This document shows positions 61,847 through 64,000 of a stretch of 64,000 bases of DNA, piece after piece; within the stretch, counting starts at the first letter, position 1; every line of letters starts with the position of its first letter. The position numbers and the translations under genes are program-made. The notes under the pieces were generated by a model that saw nothing but the letters and a program-made list of their open reading frames with translations, ran no database searches and was not told the DNA's origin. The stretch is from Penicillus capitatus (taxonomy: Eukaryota > Plantae > Chlorophyta), in contig OZ287709.1 in assembly GCA_965649825.1 (NCBI GenBank), forward strand, positions 62,001 through 126,000, given 5' to 3'.

Positions 61847-63307
61847 ATGACGGATGCCGTTGCTGACCCCACAATCAAGTCATTATATATTGGCGACCTG
61901 CAGGATTGGATGGACGAGAACTACATATTCGGACATCTTTCGGCCACGGGAGAAATCGTGAACGTGAAGATCATCCGCAACAAAGTGACGGGCGCGTCGG
62001 AGGGATACGGCTTTGTGGAATGCATATCACACGACGCAGCCGGACGTGTTTTGGAGCTCTATAATGGAAAACCGATTCATGACTCGGGAGCAGTGTTCCG
62101 ACTCAACTGGGCGACGCATGGTCAAGGAAAACGTGCGCCATCGGAAGGTAGATGCGTCTGTTCGTGTCCATCGGCACACGACTTCGCCGCAAACTAAACG
62201 GCGCGCGCACCGACGACTTCCGAATGTCTAGATTACTCGCTCTTCGTGGGAGACTTGGCAGGCGAAGTGACGGAAACAATGCTGTTGGACCATTTTCGCT
62301 CTTACTTCCCGAATGCCACAAACGCCAGAGTACGAACAAACACACACACTCTCACTCTTCTCACTCTTGTACAGGTGATTATGGACATATCTACGGGTCG
62401 ATCAAAGGGCTATGGCTTTGTGCGTTTCATGACGGAGCAAGAACGTGATCAAGCTATCGGACAGATGAATGGAACTTTTCTTTCCTCAAAGACCATCAGA
62501 GTGTGCGAAGCAACAAGCAAGCAAAAGACCAGCGCTCAGTCAGCGGGTCTGTCATATCCATAGCCTGTATGATGACTTTATCGTGCATTGCTGTGTGTCT
62601 CGGTAGCTTCTCAGGCATACGGATCTGATTTGACGAATACGACGTTATTTATCGGCAATCTCAGTCCAAGTATCACTGAGGAGTATCTGAAGGCGACGTT
62701 TAGTCAGTTTGGAGAAATCGTGTATGTGAAGATTCCTGTGGGCAGAAACTGCGGTTTCGTGCAGTATGTTGATCGTCTCTCGGCCGAAGCTGCTCTGGGA
62801 TCCATGAACAATCAGATTCTTGGAGACTGCACCATTCGCGTCTCCTGGGGACGAAATAGATCCACCACAACGCCGACAGCCACAACCATCGGTAAGCCAA
62901 CCAACCACACAGCCGACAGACAGCACCACCTCCCTTTATGCTCTCAGGAACGTCTGCGCCGATTGCTGCAGTTCCATCTCCGTACCCCTATAGCGGTGGC
63001 TATGCGCCCTACGATCCCAACATGATGGCAGCGTATGGATACGATCCAAATGCCTATGCCGCGTATTACGGTGCTTACGGGGTATGTCCTCGCATTTGTG
63101 TGAGCATCCTGACGTCTTCTGTTCTGTGTTGTCCTCTAGGCATACGCCGCCGCCTATGCACATGCACCTGCAGGGTATGTGGAGGCCGAGCGCCCTGAGA
63201 ATACGGAGTACGACCCAAGGGCACCAGATGATGTACACAAAATGAACCAACAATACATTGAAACGAATCAACCCCCATTGACTGGGTCCAGTCTTCGAGT
63301 GCCCTGA
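61847..63307 (+). CDS. Three-RRM RNA-binding protein, RBP45/47 (NAM8/TIA1-like) family
   Basis: SLYIGDLQDWMDE...KIIRNKVTGASEGYGFVE, VGDLAGEVTE...RSKGYGFVRF, TTLFIGNL...RNCGFVQY and IRVSWGR, followed by an A/Y/P-rich tail. Confidence 0.92.
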
Positions 63308-64000
63308 TTTGGAAAGGACTGTTCTTTGGACAACACTGATCCCGTTCGCTTGGCACTCCGTCTTTCATAACATCTTGTTTGCATTGCTTACCCTGTTGTT
63401 GTCTTGACGAGAAATCATTTTATGAAGTGCGAGCGAGAAACCACCAGAGTCCACGTGATGAGGATGATGTCATCCCCTTAGAAAACAAAATAAGAACGTG
63501 GAGGCTTTGTATTGACGGAGATTAGGTATCTGTGTGAAATCCAAGAACTAGACTTCCATTTTGACATGACGGTGGGTAGACGACAAAAACAACAACAACA
63601 ATGGACAGCACGTACATTCCGAACCGCGGGCGGTTTAGCCTTTTCTGAGCCGCGACGCGTCCATCAAGATACAAAAGAAATCCTATGATCCTATCCCGAT
63701 CACATGTAGACTCGCATGATTCGGCGAAGTTTTCCCAAACGAACGAGGCGTCAATAAACGCCTCGAATCGCCGTTTGTAGACATGCGATAGAATCGCATT
63801 TTGACAATGACAGACAGGACACTTTGCCTGTCGATAAAGCATGTTGGGTCCGTCAGATTTTGTGGTTGGTTGGGTGTCGAGTCCGAACGTCTCGTCTTCA
63901 TGACAAACGGCGACATCTCACGTCTTGATGTTGCCCTTGATGCACATTGCTCGTGTGGCACAAAGAATCGCCATTCCACGAGCTCCAAGTCACCGTTGCG

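Noticed and set aside
63522-64000. Possible 3' end of a minus-strand gene (KCPVC zinc-knuckle-like motif) at the window edge
   Set aside because: Too little sequence is available to build or identify a gene model.

Overview
Gene-dense eukaryotic nuclear DNA with about 27 protein-coding genes, short GT-AG introns (mostly about 50-60 nt, plus two GC-AG introns) and the standard genetic code. The gene content (plastid-type MurE, plant-type RR-TZF, MTB, DUF1350, RBP45/47, At4g24610-like MUN protein) and TGTAA signals just after several stop codons point to a chlorophyte green alga with a compact genome; the exact lineage cannot be determined from the sequence alone. Gene order: SnRK2-like kinase (partial), MurE-like, SIRT4-class sirtuin, ZIP transporter, RecN, SLT-LysM protein, PP1 inhibitor-3, DnaJ-like Zn-finger, MOSC protein, hypothetical protein, RPN1, RACK1, C2/MUN protein, second DnaJ-like Zn-finger, ankyrin/U-box, SUV3, TZF, an AT-richer accessory island (frameshifted NACHT-HEAT gene and three diverged copies of a promoter-like repeat), purple-acid-phosphatase-like, DUF1350, internally duplicated PPR, F-box-like, mS23, TAF2, MTB/METTL14, SpoU methyltransferase and RBP45/47. 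The most interesting signals are: (1) an NLR-like NACHT protein whose 37-aa HEAT repeats are nearly identical at DNA level but vary at a few fixed positions; (2) a lytic transglycosylase-2xLysM protein with a hidden first exon encoding an MGCMCS dual-acylation motif; (3) a MurE that has lost catalytic residues; (4) an intronless membrane-anchored purple acid phosphatase with 4 of 7 metal ligands replaced; (5) extreme gene packing, including overlapping stop codons and candidate bicistronic pairs. All gene models were spliced by hand, and no database searches were run.
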